From an uncultured Candidatus Saccharibacteria bacterium (lineage in GTDB: Bacteria; Patescibacteriota; Saccharimonadia; Saccharimonadales; SZUA-47): a stretch of DNA of 64,000 nt. Position 1 is the first letter of the stretch. The number at the start of each line of letters is the position of its first letter. Location: positions 75,985-139,984 of the forward strand of contig CAYQPN010000003.1 in assembly GCA_964419675.1 (NCBI GenBank), given 5' to 3'. This document shows positions 44,800 through 54,957 of the stretch, in pieces. A program made the position numbers and the translations under genes. Under the pieces are notes generated by a model. The model worked only from the letters and a program-made list of their open reading frames with translations. It made no database searches and was not told the origin of the DNA.

Positions 44800-45798
44800 T
44801 TATGAAAAGTATATTTTCATTATTTCCCTAGCAATTACGTCACTGTCATGCCTAATTAACGAACGGATATGATTTATCTTGTCATTTGCGTCTATTTTTA
44901 CTGGTGACTTATCAATCAACGGCAATCCCACAGGACGGTAGTGAGAATCTGCTAAAACTTGAAGGTCAAATTCCAACATATACTCACCATCTCTGACGTA
45001 CATTGTGCGCATTTGTTTGGTTGGCTCGTCAGTGTTGAATATTACGTAATCTAGGATGTCTCCGCCGGCAAACCGTTCAATTTCTTGTGCGTGATCGGCC
45101 ACGGTAAAATCATCCGTTTGTCCCGGTTTTGTAACTAAGTTTGCTACGCACACGACTTTGGCTTTGGTAGACTTTAATGCCTGCCCTACTCCGCCCACTA
45201 AAAGCGCTGGCGCCAATGTTCCATATAAATTTCCTGGGGCAATTACTATAACGTCAGCTTCTTTTATTGCTTCCTGTGCCTTAGGATTAATAAGGCTACC
45301 TGGTCGCAGGCTAAGATTCGGGTTCTTGGCCTCCATTTTTGCGTTACCTATTTTATGTTCGCCGAAAATTTCTTTTCCCTTACCTAAATCTAGTACTAGA
45401 TCAACCTTATCTAGAGTGATTGGCAATACTTTACCAGTAATTCTCAGTACTTCGCTAGCTACTTCGATTGCATCTTCAAAACTATTTGTCATTTTTTCTA
45501 CGGCACTAATAAACAAATTTCCAAAACTATGCCCCTTTAGGGTGCCTTCATCGAATCGATAAGTAAACAAATCTCTTACCCTCTTAGTCTCGCTTAAAGC
45601 TACCAAGCACTGTCGAACGTCACCCGGAGGCAAAACCCCTAACTCATCTCGCAGTACTCCAGTTGAGCCACCATCGTCTGACATATTTACAAGCGCTGTG
45701 ATATTGCTGGTGTAGCGTTTTAGACCACTCAGCATAGTGAAGCTTCCTGTTCCTCCACCTATTACTACGATATTCGGTTGATTGTTTAATCGAATCAT
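44800..45798 (-). CDS. YvcK/CofD-family (UPF0052) gluconeogenesis-factor-like protein
   Basis: 332 aa. VVIGGGTGSFTMLSGLK...ALVNMSDDGGSTGVLRDELGVLPPGDVRQCLVAL. Confidence 0.85.
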   Translation of the reverse strand: MIRLNNQPNIVVIGGGTGSFTMLSGLKRYTSNITALVNMSDDGGSTGVLRDELGVLPPGDVRQCLVALSETKRVRDLFTYRFDEGTLKGHSFGNLFISAVEKMTNSFEDAIEVASEVLRITGKVLPITLDKVDLVLDLGKGKEIFGEHKIGNAKMEAKNPNLSLRPGSLINPKAQEAIKEADVIVIAPGNLYGTLAPALLVGGVGQALKSTKAKVVCVANLVTKPGQTDDFTVADHAQEIERFAGGDILDYVIFNTDEPTKQMRTMYVRDGEYMLEFDLQVLADSHYRPVGLPLIDKSPVKIDANDKINHIRSLIRHDSDVIAREIMKIYFS

Positions 45799-46004
45799 AA
45801 TTGCTTCTCTTATTTAACTCTACATTACTCGGCCGAGCATTGTTAGTTAATAGCAATACAATGAAATTGTCGATGTATTATTTACAGCTATATGGTATCT
45901 GTTAACACGAGTGTAGCCTATTTTATCGTTTTTCAATTAAAAAGCGAACAAGTTTATTTGCACGCCTTCTAATCTGTTAGAATGTTGTAAATTTAGTTTC
46001 TTGT

Positions 46005-46427
46005 CTAAAGACCAACCCAGCCGATTACAGCACCCATTGCGAGCAAAGTTGCTAGCTGGTTCCCTGCTGTTAGCATTGTCAATTTCAAAGGTCGTTGCTC
46101 AAAAGCATCGTGAGTAAGTGCCATACTAAGCTGAAATCCAGCCCACATCCAAAATGCTGTGCTCATGGAGGCACCCATCCAGGAATAGCCAAAGAAGCTA
46201 GCAGAAAGGTACGTAACGTGCGCCAACACGTATGCTTGCAGTGCTGCAGCTAGTACAGTTAGGACCCAAGCCGAACTCTTTGGTCCCTTCTTCATTGTTT
46301 TCTCGTCCATCTTAATTAGCTTGCGCCACATTTCGCCAAATACCGGTTTTGAGTACCAAACCATCCCTACTACAAAACTAGAAACTACTGCCAAAACTAC
46401 TGCCCAAACATTTATTTGAACTTCCAT
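46005..46427 (-). CDS. DUF1761 family membrane protein
   Basis: 140 aa with four TM helices. YSKPVFGEMWRKL motif. Confidence 0.6.
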   Translation of the reverse strand: MEVQINVWAVVLAVVSSFVVGMVWYSKPVFGEMWRKLIKMDEKTMKKGPKSSAWVLTVLAAALQAYVLAHVTYLSASFFGYSWMGASMSTAFWMWAGFQLSMALTHDAFEQRPLKLTMLTAGNQLATLLAMGAVIGWVGL

Positions 46428-46447
46428 TTAATTGCTCCCTCTTTAAA

Positions 46448-47035
46448 TTATTTAGTAGATACGCTGTAAGTTATTGTCGTCTTATCGTTGTTGTAACCTT
46501 CTCCGGCTGGTGTAATGATTAATGTTACACTCAAAGTACCCTTCTCATATGATTGAGATGCCGTTCCGTTATATGTTGATGTACTCTTATTATCCCAATC
46601 TGAGAATTTATCGCTGAAAAAATTCTTAACGTCTTCTACTGACTTATCAGTTTGCGCCGAGACATACCAGGCCGTACTACCATCGCTGGTTGTTGAATAT
46701 GAAGAAACTATACTCTGATTATCATAAACTGGAACTTCGCTTGGAAAATTATCTGGAAGCTTTTCGCTTGTACTAGAAGAAAACTCCCCGTCGTTAGTTT
46801 TTACACTTACACTCCCATTGTCTGAGCTGTAGTCAACATCAGCTCCAGTTGTGCTCTTTATTATACTTTCAGTTAGATTTTCAGCATTATACCCGTCGGT
46901 TAAAGACTTGTCGTTATCACTTAATACAAATTTCCATAGTAAAAATAGCCCCACGATAACTGCCACCACAATTAGTATCATTTTATTATTGTCTGCTGAT
47001 TTTTTTGTTGGCTCAGTTTTTACTTCGTCTGCCAT
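46448..47035 (-). CDS. hypothetical membrane-anchored Ser/Thr/Asp-rich protein
   Basis: 195 aa with an N-terminal TM (MILIVVAVIVGLFLLWKFVL). No motif recognised. Confidence 0.5.
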   Translation of the reverse strand: MADEVKTEPTKKSADNNKMILIVVAVIVGLFLLWKFVLSDNDKSLTDGYNAENLTESIIKSTTGADVDYSSDNGSVSVKTNDGEFSSSTSEKLPDNFPSEVPVYDNQSIVSSYSTTSDGSTAWYVSAQTDKSVEDVKNFFSDKFSDWDNKSTSTYNGTASQSYEKGTLSVTLIITPAGEGYNNDKTTITYSVSTK

Positions 47036-47099
47036 ATAACACTCCTCGCTAGTAGTTAATATTAATTACTACTATGCTACTGTATTAAATCAATTGCAA

Positions 47100-47651
47100 C
47101 TATTTTCTAGGGCGGAATGTGGCATAGGCTAACTTACTCTTTTGAGTGCCAAGATTTATAACATACTTTTCAAATGGCCTGAATAATGATGAGTAGTGGT
47201 TGTTGGGCGCTAGTAAGTTTTGCAACTTCCCCTGCGTTTCGAGATATTCCACTATACAATGGAAATCACCATCACCTGATACAACGACAGCTTTATGATA
47301 ATTTGGAAGCTCTTTCATAGCGTGCAAAACTAATTCTGCATCAACATTACCTTTTGTAACATGTTTGTCGCTTTGAACTTCTTCTTCTGTCATATACATG
47401 TCTACGGTTGGCTTTAATACAACTAAATACCCGGCTTCTTGCATCTGTTTGTACATAGCCTCGTTATCAGGGATGTATCCAATAAACATGAAGGCTTTTT
47501 CAACTTTAAATTCGTCTTTTAGATACACCCTAAATTTTTTCCAGTCCATCTTCCAGCCTTCACGCTGAACACCAAGATTTAGGTTTTGACTGTCTATAAA
47601 AGCATAGTTTGGTTTATGTTGTTTTCTTCTTCTAAGCATTAATTTTCCCAT
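47100..47651 (-). CDS. NYN/LabA-like domain protein (predicted RNase fold)
   Basis: 183 aa. YAFIDSQNLNLGV... and VVVSGDGDFHCIVEYL, characteristic of NYN/LabA. Confidence 0.72.
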   Translation of the reverse strand: MGKLMLRRRKQHKPNYAFIDSQNLNLGVQREGWKMDWKKFRVYLKDEFKVEKAFMFIGYIPDNEAMYKQMQEAGYLVVLKPTVDMYMTEEEVQSDKHVTKGNVDAELVLHAMKELPNYHKAVVVSGDGDFHCIVEYLETQGKLQNLLAPNNHYSSLFRPFEKYVINLGTQKSKLAYATFRPRK

Positions 47652-47708
47652 TTATAGCTATATTGATAATAACAGAACACTCTCAAAAAACACTCTTGGA
47701 TCAAGTGA

Positions 47709-48161
47709 TCAAATCTGCGCTCCCATGACTTGTTGCATTTTTAGTAAAATATCCATAGCTCTATCTGCGTCTTTTACGTCAACCAATATATGATCGCTTC
47801 TATAAGCTCCGATAACGTACACGCCAACATTGGCTGGCGAAAGAGACTCAACAATCTTTAGCAAATAGCCAGTACATGTTGGCCAATCAGGATGGGTGTC
47901 GCAGTATATTGAACTTACGGTTTGTTTTTCTAAAATATACTTATCCAAATCTTCAGTTAACTCATCTTTAGAAATGATAAGAGTAATTTCCCATCGGTCA
48001 GTACTAAGCACTCTAAGTTCTTTTTTTGAATTATTGAATATTTCAGTTGCTAGCTTAAGTCCTTTTGGGTCAATCTTGGCGAACACATATTGAGCATCAT
48101 CTAATAAGAATGTGGTGTTTATTAGAGTTTTAGCAATAATTTCTTTGTCGTAAGTCCCCAT
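47709..48161 (-). CDS. hypothetical protein (possibly ACT-like)
   Basis: 150-aa ORF adjacent to the Ldh_2 gene. Only weak resemblance to ACT-type folds. Confidence 0.4.
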   Translation of the reverse strand: MGTYDKEIIAKTLINTTFLLDDAQYVFAKIDPKGLKLATEIFNNSKKELRVLSTDRWEITLIISKDELTEDLDKYILEKQTVSSIYCDTHPDWPTCTGYLLKIVESLSPANVGVYVIGAYRSDHILVDVKDADRAMDILLKMQQVMGAQI

Positions 48162-48163
48162 AT

Positions 48164-49162
48164 CTATCCTGCATGCCCACTTATTTTATCCCAAACTTCT
48201 TCATCGACTTCTATTTCACCTGTTTTTTGCAATGTCGTAGAATGCTCAAATGCTTTTTGACCTGGATATACCACCCTATCAAAGCCTTCTTGAGGCTCAG
48301 TGGAAACAATTTCTTCTTTTATCCTATCGACTTGTGCTATAAACGCTTTTTTGTCTCCAAAAACTCCTGGATCCATAATGTATAACCAGGTTCCTAACTC
48401 TGATTTATCCTTTTGTTCTCTTCCAGCTACACCACCTACTAAAGTACTTGTTAGTACTTCTAGCAAAAGATTAACTGCATATCCCTTATATCCACCAAAA
48501 GGCTCAATCTTAACGGCTTTTTCTGGGTCTGTAGTGTATTCTCCAGATGCATCAAAATATGTATCTTCTGGTAATTTAATGCCTGCTTTTTTTGCTTCAC
48601 CTATTAGACCCCATGCCCTTTTAGATGTAGCTCCATCAAAAACTATAGGGTCTGTTGAACTTGGTATACCGTAAGCTAGCGGGTTGGTGCCAAATATATC
48701 TGTTACACCACCGTAAGGGACAGTGCCTTGCGGGCCTCCATTAGAACTTAGGATTGCTAAATATCCTTTGTCCGCAAACTTTCTAACTGCATAGAATAGA
48801 GCCGACATGTATTCGCCCTTTATGCCCACTGTTAAGGTTCCGTTTTCTGATGCCAAACTACAATACTCATCAAAACGTTCAAGAATAATATGTAACGGAC
48901 TCTTTCCGTTGCCATCGTATACTTTCAAAGCTGACTTATTCACTTTTAGAATTTCCTTCTTTGTAGATGAATTTTTTAGACCATTTATCCATTCATCAAA
49001 CCCGTGTGTGCCTTTAAACCCCTTAAAAAAGTTGTCTTTTAACTCGTGCTCCAACACCGCCTCCACACAATCTTCAGCAAGTTTTTTCGAAACTTTTTGG
49101 GCTAGTACATACTTCATCAAAGCAACTTTATATTGATTAAGTGTAACTGTTATTTTTTTCAT
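48164..49162 (-). CDS. Ldh_2 family (malate/L-lactate dehydrogenase type 2) oxidoreductase
   Basis: 332 aa. IFGTNPLAYGIPS and GYKGYAVNLLLEVL motifs. Confidence 0.78.
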   Translation of the reverse strand: MKKITVTLNQYKVALMKYVLAQKVSKKLAEDCVEAVLEHELKDNFFKGFKGTHGFDEWINGLKNSSTKKEILKVNKSALKVYDGNGKSPLHIILERFDEYCSLASENGTLTVGIKGEYMSALFYAVRKFADKGYLAILSSNGGPQGTVPYGGVTDIFGTNPLAYGIPSSTDPIVFDGATSKRAWGLIGEAKKAGIKLPEDTYFDASGEYTTDPEKAVKIEPFGGYKGYAVNLLLEVLTSTLVGGVAGREQKDKSELGTWLYIMDPGVFGDKKAFIAQVDRIKEEIVSTEPQEGFDRVVYPGQKAFEHSTTLQKTGEIEVDEEVWDKISGHAG

Positions 49163-49407
49163 ACTTTCTCCTTAATGTTACGGATTTTTTTGAGAACAAG
49201 AGTCGATAGTATGTAGCCAACAGATGGGACTAACGCGTTTAAGAACGGCTTGTCATTGTTTATAACAAACAAGTATATAATGACTACCGCGTAAGTTAAG
49301 GTGCCTATAGTAACTCTACGCACCCAGCTTGTTTCCCAGGCTTTGTCTGCCTCTACTTTTATATTTCTATCCTCGATTGCTTTAACTCGATTTTCTAAAT
49401 TTTTCAT
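49159..49407 (-). CDS. small hypothetical membrane protein
   Basis: 82 aa with two TM segments. Start and stop overlap both neighbours by 4 nt. Confidence 0.45.
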   Translation of the reverse strand: MKNLENRVKAIEDRNIKVEADKAWETSWVRRVTIGTLTYAVVIIYLFVINNDKPFLNALVPSVGYILSTLVLKKIRNIKEKV

Positions 49408-49811
49408 TTCAAGTTCTCAAATCTGCCATATTTATATGGTGGGCTACAGATTTCGTAGAATGTCAGACCTGAATCTTTGTCTGCTGTCCATTGCATCAGA
49501 TCTCCGATTTTAACTTCAATTTCACCTGAATCCCCTGTTTTGAATAATGCCCGTTTAGTTTTGTCATTTGAAGTTAGTTCAAAATACCCTGATCCCCCTA
49601 GGAACCCTTCTGTGGTTTTTTCTCCTTTTAGAATTCGCTGCAAGGGTGTGCTAAATCCTGGTTTTACTCTGACAATTGCTAAATCTTTGGTAGTATCACC
49701 GTCAAACTCATATAAATCACACTCAACACCTTCTTTAACTTCTTGTGTTTCTAAATATATTACCCTAAGCTCTTTACCGTTTTGTTCTTTAAAAACTTTA
49801 ATTTTGCTCAT
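49404..49811 (-). CDS. hypothetical protein (beta-rich, cupin-like?)
   Basis: 135-aa ORF in operon context. No diagnostic motif. Confidence 0.4.
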   Translation of the reverse strand: MSKIKVFKEQNGKELRVIYLETQEVKEGVECDLYEFDGDTTKDLAIVRVKPGFSTPLQRILKGEKTTEGFLGGSGYFELTSNDKTKRALFKTGDSGEIEVKIGDLMQWTADKDSGLTFYEICSPPYKYGRFENLK

Positions 49812-49860
49812 GAATAATTATTTTTCATCAGGCTGACTTATTTTCTTTCAAATCTTTTCA

Positions 49861-50205
49861 TTATTTTGACTCCCAGAAATGCCTAAATTTTTTTACTTTG
49901 CCATTTTTATCTAAGCTGATTATATAACAGCCGGCGAGCTTCTCGACATTGCTATTTCTAGTAATGTCTGCAGTACAAAGAGTTATCTGCGAGGTACTAT
50001 TTTCTACTAGAATTTCAAATTCTAACTTAATTTTTGATTGTACTGACAGATGTTCTTCCCAAACTTTCAACAATACTTCAATATTTGTTATCGGCTCTTC
50101 AAAAGGAGATTCATACCACTCAAAATCGTCAGCAATGATTGTCCTTAGTAAATCTGGGTTCTTCTGCTCCCAGGCCCTACAGATGACCTCACTAGCTGTA
50201 TTCAT
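49861..50205 (-). CDS. NTF2/SnoaL-like fold protein
   Basis: 114 aa. The pattern W...L....DDFEWYESPFEEP...LL.VWEE is typical of SnoaL-like small proteins. Confidence 0.45.
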   Translation of the reverse strand: MNTASEVICRAWEQKNPDLLRTIIADDFEWYESPFEEPITNIEVLLKVWEEHLSVQSKIKLEFEILVENSTSQITLCTADITRNSNVEKLAGCYIISLDKNGKVKKFRHFWESK

Positions 50206-50223
50206 AATAACTATTCTAGCAGT

Positions 50224-50748
50224 TTATAAAATTATTTGAGTGGAAGATGGGAGATCCGCTTTAATACCATCTAGGTCTTGCGTTGCTGGGTTGTTGCCAC
50301 TTAGGTTAAATACTTCTAGATTTTTGAGTTTACCTAGCTCATTAGGCAGACCTGTAATTTGATTATCTGCATAATTTAGAATTCTGAGTTTTGATAGCTG
50401 GCCAATTTCTGCGGGGATGCCCGTCATCTGATTATCGCTAACATTCAATATCTCTAGTTTTGTAAGTTTACCAATTTCTGAAGGCAAAGAACCGGTTAAA
50501 TTGTTGCCTGACAGATTTATTTCTACTGCATTTGTATTATTTAATATATCTTTAGGGAACTCTGTTAAACCTTTGTTTGAATAGTCTAATACAAGCCCTT
50601 TTGTAGTTTTGCTTGCCTGACCATCCGTAGAACTAGAATTAGAGCCTGTATCGACGCTCTCATCGGTATTTTTGTCTCTAACTAAGAACAATGTAGCGCC
50701 AACACTTAGAATTATTACCAAAACAAGTACCAAAATATTTTTCTTCAT
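50224..50748 (-). CDS. secreted or membrane-anchored leucine-rich-repeat protein
   Basis: 174 aa. N-terminal hydrophobic signal/anchor, then five 23-residue LRRs (LxxLxLSxNxLTGxLPxEIGxLxxL). Confidence 0.8.
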   Translation of the reverse strand: MKKNILVLVLVIILSVGATLFLVRDKNTDESVDTGSNSSSTDGQASKTTKGLVLDYSNKGLTEFPKDILNNTNAVEINLSGNNLTGSLPSEIGKLTKLEILNVSDNQMTGIPAEIGQLSKLRILNYADNQITGLPNELGKLKNLEVFNLSGNNPATQDLDGIKADLPSSTQIIL

Positions 50749-50793
50749 ACTATCTATTATACTCCTCAGTGCAAACTGAATTAAACCTTGTAG

Positions 50794-51213
50794 CTATATG
50801 GTTTTACCCATTCGGGCCTTATTAGCCCACTCATCGGCTAGTTCGTTGCCGTCATGGCCAACGTGAGCCCTAACCCAAACAAGTTTTGCATTAGTGTTTT
50901 TATAGACAGAACAGGCTTCTTTTACTATGTCCAGGTTTTGAATTTCTCCCCTGGTAGATTTCTTCCACCCCTTAACCTCCCATCCTGGTGCCCATTTTGT
51001 AATAACATTTATCCAAAACTCACTATCGGTATGTATTTCACACTCTTCCCCGCCCGAGTGCTTCATAGCTGCAATCAAAGCCCTGCCTTCCATTCTGATA
51101 TTGGTAGATTCTTTTTCGCTTCCTAAATCAACTGGTTTACCGTTTTCAACAACCGCAAACCCACCTGGACCCGGGTTTGGGCTACAACTACCATCAGTAA
51201 AGTATATTTTCAT
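50794..51213 (-). CDS. rnhA: ribonuclease HI
   Basis: 139 aa. YFTDGSCSPNPGPGGFA, NIRMEGRA, IHTDSEF and GNELADEWA, giving the DEDD catalytic set. Confidence 0.9.
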   Translation of the reverse strand: MKIYFTDGSCSPNPGPGGFAVVENGKPVDLGSEKESTNIRMEGRALIAAMKHSGGEECEIHTDSEFWINVITKWAPGWEVKGWKKSTRGEIQNLDIVKEACSVYKNTNAKLVWVRAHVGHDGNELADEWANKARMGKTI

Positions 51214-51767
51214 TTTGCTTTGGCCTCTATTTGTTTCATCTTTTTATACTCTGAGTATGTCATATAGGTTGAGGTATCTTTAACTTTATCGACAAACAAG
51301 GTGCCGTTTAGGTGATCTACTTCGTGCTGAATGACATGGGCTGGTAAGCCTTCAAAAACTGCAGTGTGTTTTTTGGCCATTTCGTCGAAATACTCTAGCT
51401 CAATTTTCTTATACCTTGGCACTTTTGCAAATAAATCAGCCTTAACTGCTCCGGCGCTAATACAGCCTTCCCACATTTGAGATTTACTCCCAAATACTTT
51501 AATAATTTTTGGGTTAATAATTACTAAAGAAAATTCTTCTACATCTTTTCGCAAGGCAGTTTTTTGAATTTCAATAACCGCCAATCGTATACTCTCCCCT
51601 ACTTGCGTTGCTGCCAAACCAATACCTAGTTTTTTCGATATTAAAGTTTTTTGCATGTCTTTTATAAGCATCTGCATTTTTCTGCTTAGAATTTCGCTTC
51701 TTGATAACTCGACAGTTTGTTGCCTTAATACGTTGTTCCCGAACTGAGTTATTGGTAGTATCTTCAT
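51210..51767 (-). CDS. def: peptide deformylase
   Basis: 185 aa. GIGLAATQVG, EGCIS and HEVDHLNG. Confidence 0.92.
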   Translation of the reverse strand: MKILPITQFGNNVLRQQTVELSRSEILSRKMQMLIKDMQKTLISKKLGIGLAATQVGESIRLAVIEIQKTALRKDVEEFSLVIINPKIIKVFGSKSQMWEGCISAGAVKADLFAKVPRYKKIELEYFDEMAKKHTAVFEGLPAHVIQHEVDHLNGTLFVDKVKDTSTYMTYSEYKKMKQIEAKAK

Positions 51768-52237
51768 ATTTGTGTAACACGGTGTTTTTGAGTTAGAGCT
51801 CCAAGAATTTTAATTACGTCTTGTGGTTTCATGAAAACTGTTGCTGTATTTACTATCGGATGAAAACCCAACTCTTCTAACTCAAGCAAATCTTTATCAA
51901 ATATTATTTCAACGTGAGCACTATTTGGATTTAAGCAACAAAATATTGATACAGACCCGGGCTCTACCCCCATCATGTTCATTAACTTTTCAGGGCTACA
52001 AAACCTAACTTTTTTCTCCCCCAAATCTGTAGCCAAAACTTTCAAATCTAGTTTTTTAAGCCCTGGCATACAAACTAAATATTGCCTTTTGCCTTTATCG
52101 TCTTGGATAAACAAGTTTTTAATCTCTGTTCGTCCTGGCAACTCCACCATTGCCTCATCAATTGTATAAACTGCTTTGTGCTCTAACAATTCATAGTCTA
52201 TCCCGAGTTTTTCCAAAAAATCTATTGAGTCTTTCAT
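51764..52237 (-). CDS. YbaK/ProX-type aminoacyl-tRNA deacylase domain protein
   Basis: 157 aa. KNLFIQDDKGKRQYLV...LGEKKVRFCSPEKL....GVEPGSVSIF pattern. Confidence 0.72.
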   Translation of the reverse strand: MKDSIDFLEKLGIDYELLEHKAVYTIDEAMVELPGRTEIKNLFIQDDKGKRQYLVCMPGLKKLDLKVLATDLGEKKVRFCSPEKLMNMMGVEPGSVSIFCCLNPNSAHVEIIFDKDLLELEELGFHPIVNTATVFMKPQDVIKILGALTQKHRVTQI

Positions 52238-52240
52238 TGT

Positions 52241-52870
52241 TTAATTTATTTCAATCACTCTTCCGTTTTCATTAGGAAGAAGTTTTATGTCAGTGCCTTC
52301 GAAAGCAAATTTTAATAAGCCCTGGAGCCATTCTTTTGCTTCTGGAGTGTAGTGCCAATCGTGAACGGCTAAAACGTATTCAGGATTTAGCTCAAGTACT
52401 TTGTCTATGGAATCACCCGTTTTACCCCAAGGCCCAATAAATGGCATGGCAAGCACTTTTTTAGTTTCTAAGAAATGCTGAGAATCTCCTGGGTGAGTAA
52501 ATAAATCTTTAAAATGATAGCCATTCTCTGTTGGGGCTTTGGCATTTGGTATTGGTAGTGCTTCATGCGGAGAGGTGAATTTAACCGAACAACTAGATTC
52601 TTCTCTAATCACAACATCAATATTTGCATCTTCGATTAATTTTTTTATCTGATGATTGCAAATTACATGAACCGCAGGAAATTTTGCTACCAAGCTTTTC
52701 AATATGTCTAAATCAAAATGGTCGCCGTGTTCATGCGTATAGATAATTCTATCAACATGCTTAACTCTGTCTATTAATTCTCGCTCAGCCCAACCGCCCG
52801 GGTCAAAAAGCCCTACCCTATCAGGGGTTTCTACTAATACACATGAATGTCCCAGCTTTGTAATCTTCAT
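52241..52870 (-). CDS. MBL-fold metallo-hydrolase
   Basis: 209 aa with the THEHGDH metal-binding motif. Confidence 0.8.
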   Translation of the reverse strand: MKITKLGHSCVLVETPDRVGLFDPGGWAERELIDRVKHVDRIIYTHEHGDHFDLDILKSLVAKFPAVHVICNHQIKKLIEDANIDVVIREESSCSVKFTSPHEALPIPNAKAPTENGYHFKDLFTHPGDSQHFLETKKVLAMPFIGPWGKTGDSIDKVLELNPEYVLAVHDWHYTPEAKEWLQGLLKFAFEGTDIKLLPNENGRVIEIN

Positions 52871-53017
52871 GAATTAATTTTAGCAGAAAAAAGGTTGATA
52901 TATTTTTTATATTGCATGTGTTATTATTTACATATCAGTTAAAAGAAAGAAACAAAAATGGCACCTGCGAGAAGAATCAAACAAACAGTAAACTACGAAG
53001 CATTCCTGTCGTAGAGC

Positions 53018-54379
53018 TTAAACAATTAGTTCGCTTATTTTTATACGCTTTTGTTCAGTTGTGTCTCTGTCCCTAATCGTTACAGAATCATCTTCTAAAG
53101 TATCAAAATCTATAACTATGCAGTATGGGGTGCCGATTTCGTCCTGACGACGGTATCTTTTACCTATATTTCCGTTATCGTCAAACTCACATACATATTT
53201 CTTACTTAATGCCTTATATACTTCCCTTGCCTTTTCAACAAGCTCAGGTTTGTTCTTAAGTAACGGAAAAACCGCATACTGAACAGGTGCAAGCTCAGGT
53301 TTAAGTTTTAACACTGTTCTAGATTCTCCATTTTCTAAAACTTCAACTGAATATGCATCTGACAAAACTGCCATAAAAACTCTACCCATTCCCATTGAAG
53401 TTTCTAAAACCCACGGAATATACTTTTCTTGTGTCTGAGAATCTACATACGACAAATCAACACCTGAAAATTTAGAGTGTTGGGATAAATCATAATCGGT
53501 TCTGTCATGTATACCTTCAACCTCATCAAAACCAAGCGACGGGAAGTTATATTCAATATCCCAAGCATCTTTGGCGTAAAAGACTAGATTCTCATGCTGT
53601 TTCCAGCGTAAGTTTTTCTCATTTATTCCGATATCTAAATACCAGTTCCATCGATCTTGCTTAATTTGCTCGTAAGCTTCTACATTCTCATGTGGTTTAA
53701 TAAATAGCTGTGTATCGGCTTGTTCAAATTCTCTAGTTCTGAAAAGAAAGTTTCTAGGGCTAATTTCATTTCGGAATGCCTTATTTATTTGAGCAACCCC
53801 AAACGGAATTTTTACTCGTGTAGAGTCAACAATATTCTTAAAGTTTAGATATATTCCCTGACACGCTTCTCCCGGTAAATATACAGGCTCACTGCCGTCG
53901 TTTGTGAAATCTCCAAGATTTGATTTAACCAATAAATTAAATGCTTTGACTGAACCGAATTCTTTCTTTCCACATTTTGGGCATTTTATTTTATCCCGAT
54001 TCTCATCAAAAAGTTTATTTAACTCATCTTCAGACATTTTTTCGTCTGCTGTAACACCAATAGTTGCTAGTTCTTTATCTACTCTTATGCGGGTATTGCA
54101 TGATTTACACTCAGCCATTGGGTCAGAAAACCCACTCGTGTGCCCCGAAGCATCCCATACCTTCGGGTGTTTGAACATTGCAGAATCTAGGCCAACATAA
54201 TTTTCTTTTCTATGAACATTTACCGACCACCAAGATTTTTTTATATTATTCAGGAGTTCAACTCCGTAAGGACCAAAATCATAGATTCCCGCCATACCAC
54301 CATAAATTTCAGAACCCTGAAAAATAAACCCGCGTCTCTTGCAGAGACTCACAATATCATCAAGTTTTAAATCGTTCAT
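53018..54379 (-). CDS. glyQS: glycine--tRNA ligase (alpha2 type)
   Basis: 453 aa. N-terminal LCKRRGFIFQGSEIYGGMAGIYDFGPYGVELLNNIKKSWW and class II core motifs. Confidence 0.92.
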   Translation of the reverse strand: MNDLKLDDIVSLCKRRGFIFQGSEIYGGMAGIYDFGPYGVELLNNIKKSWWSVNVHRKENYVGLDSAMFKHPKVWDASGHTSGFSDPMAECKSCNTRIRVDKELATIGVTADEKMSEDELNKLFDENRDKIKCPKCGKKEFGSVKAFNLLVKSNLGDFTNDGSEPVYLPGEACQGIYLNFKNIVDSTRVKIPFGVAQINKAFRNEISPRNFLFRTREFEQADTQLFIKPHENVEAYEQIKQDRWNWYLDIGINEKNLRWKQHENLVFYAKDAWDIEYNFPSLGFDEVEGIHDRTDYDLSQHSKFSGVDLSYVDSQTQEKYIPWVLETSMGMGRVFMAVLSDAYSVEVLENGESRTVLKLKPELAPVQYAVFPLLKNKPELVEKAREVYKALSKKYVCEFDDNGNIGKRYRRQDEIGTPYCIVIDFDTLEDDSVTIRDRDTTEQKRIKISELIV

Positions 54380-54450
54380 TTAAATCTATTATACAGTAAA
54401 TGGGATTGTCAGGTAATGCTTTCAAGGCTCGGGCTTAGTAACGATTTAGG

Positions 54451-54918
54451 CTAAGAGTTCCACCTCTTAACTTCTCTTTCGGTCATTCTATAGCCTAAAG
54501 GTAACGCGCTTTGTCTATTGTTTGGTCTATACCCAAATATATGCTTAAGAACAAGTCTTCCGCGTCTAGTGTTTGGATCAATCAAATTAACTATTGGCTT
54601 GCGCTCGGGTTTATCGGTGCGAACCGAGCCAAATCTTGGTTTGACAGTGCGGTTATCAGCTTCGAATGCGTTAAATCTTTCTTGTAAGCTGAATTCGTCG
54701 TCGTCAAGCGTTTGCTGTGCTCTGTCTATTAACAACCATACATACGCTTCTGGGTCGTTCATCTCTAATTCTTTTGCTGCATCATCTCCTAGATCTTCCA
54801 TAAAAAGAGCTTGGATATTTTCTATTGAGCCGTCGTCACTCAGTGGACTAACGTGTGGCAAATCAAAGCCTAGTATTGGCGTATGATCAGGTTCAATGTG
54901 AATGGGTGTGTCTGACAT
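54451..54918 (-). CDS. hypothetical protein (orphan; acidic N-terminus, basic C-terminus)
   Basis: 155 aa with no motif recognised. Confidence 0.45.
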   Translation of the reverse strand: MSDTPIHIEPDHTPILGFDLPHVSPLSDDGSIENIQALFMEDLGDDAAKELEMNDPEAYVWLLIDRAQQTLDDDEFSLQERFNAFEADNRTVKPRFGSVRTDKPERKPIVNLIDPNTRRGRLVLKHIFGYRPNNRQSALPLGYRMTEREVKRWNS

Positions 54919-54957
54919 GTTAATATATTATAGCAAACATTAGCGCTTTAGTCAACA

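Noticed and set aside
47043-47067. 25-nt AT-rich imperfect palindrome TAGTAGTTAATATTAATTACTACTA between two minus-strand genes
   Set aside because: It matches at 10 of 12 positions but is very AT-rich and has no flanking U-run. There is not enough evidence to call it a terminator or operator.
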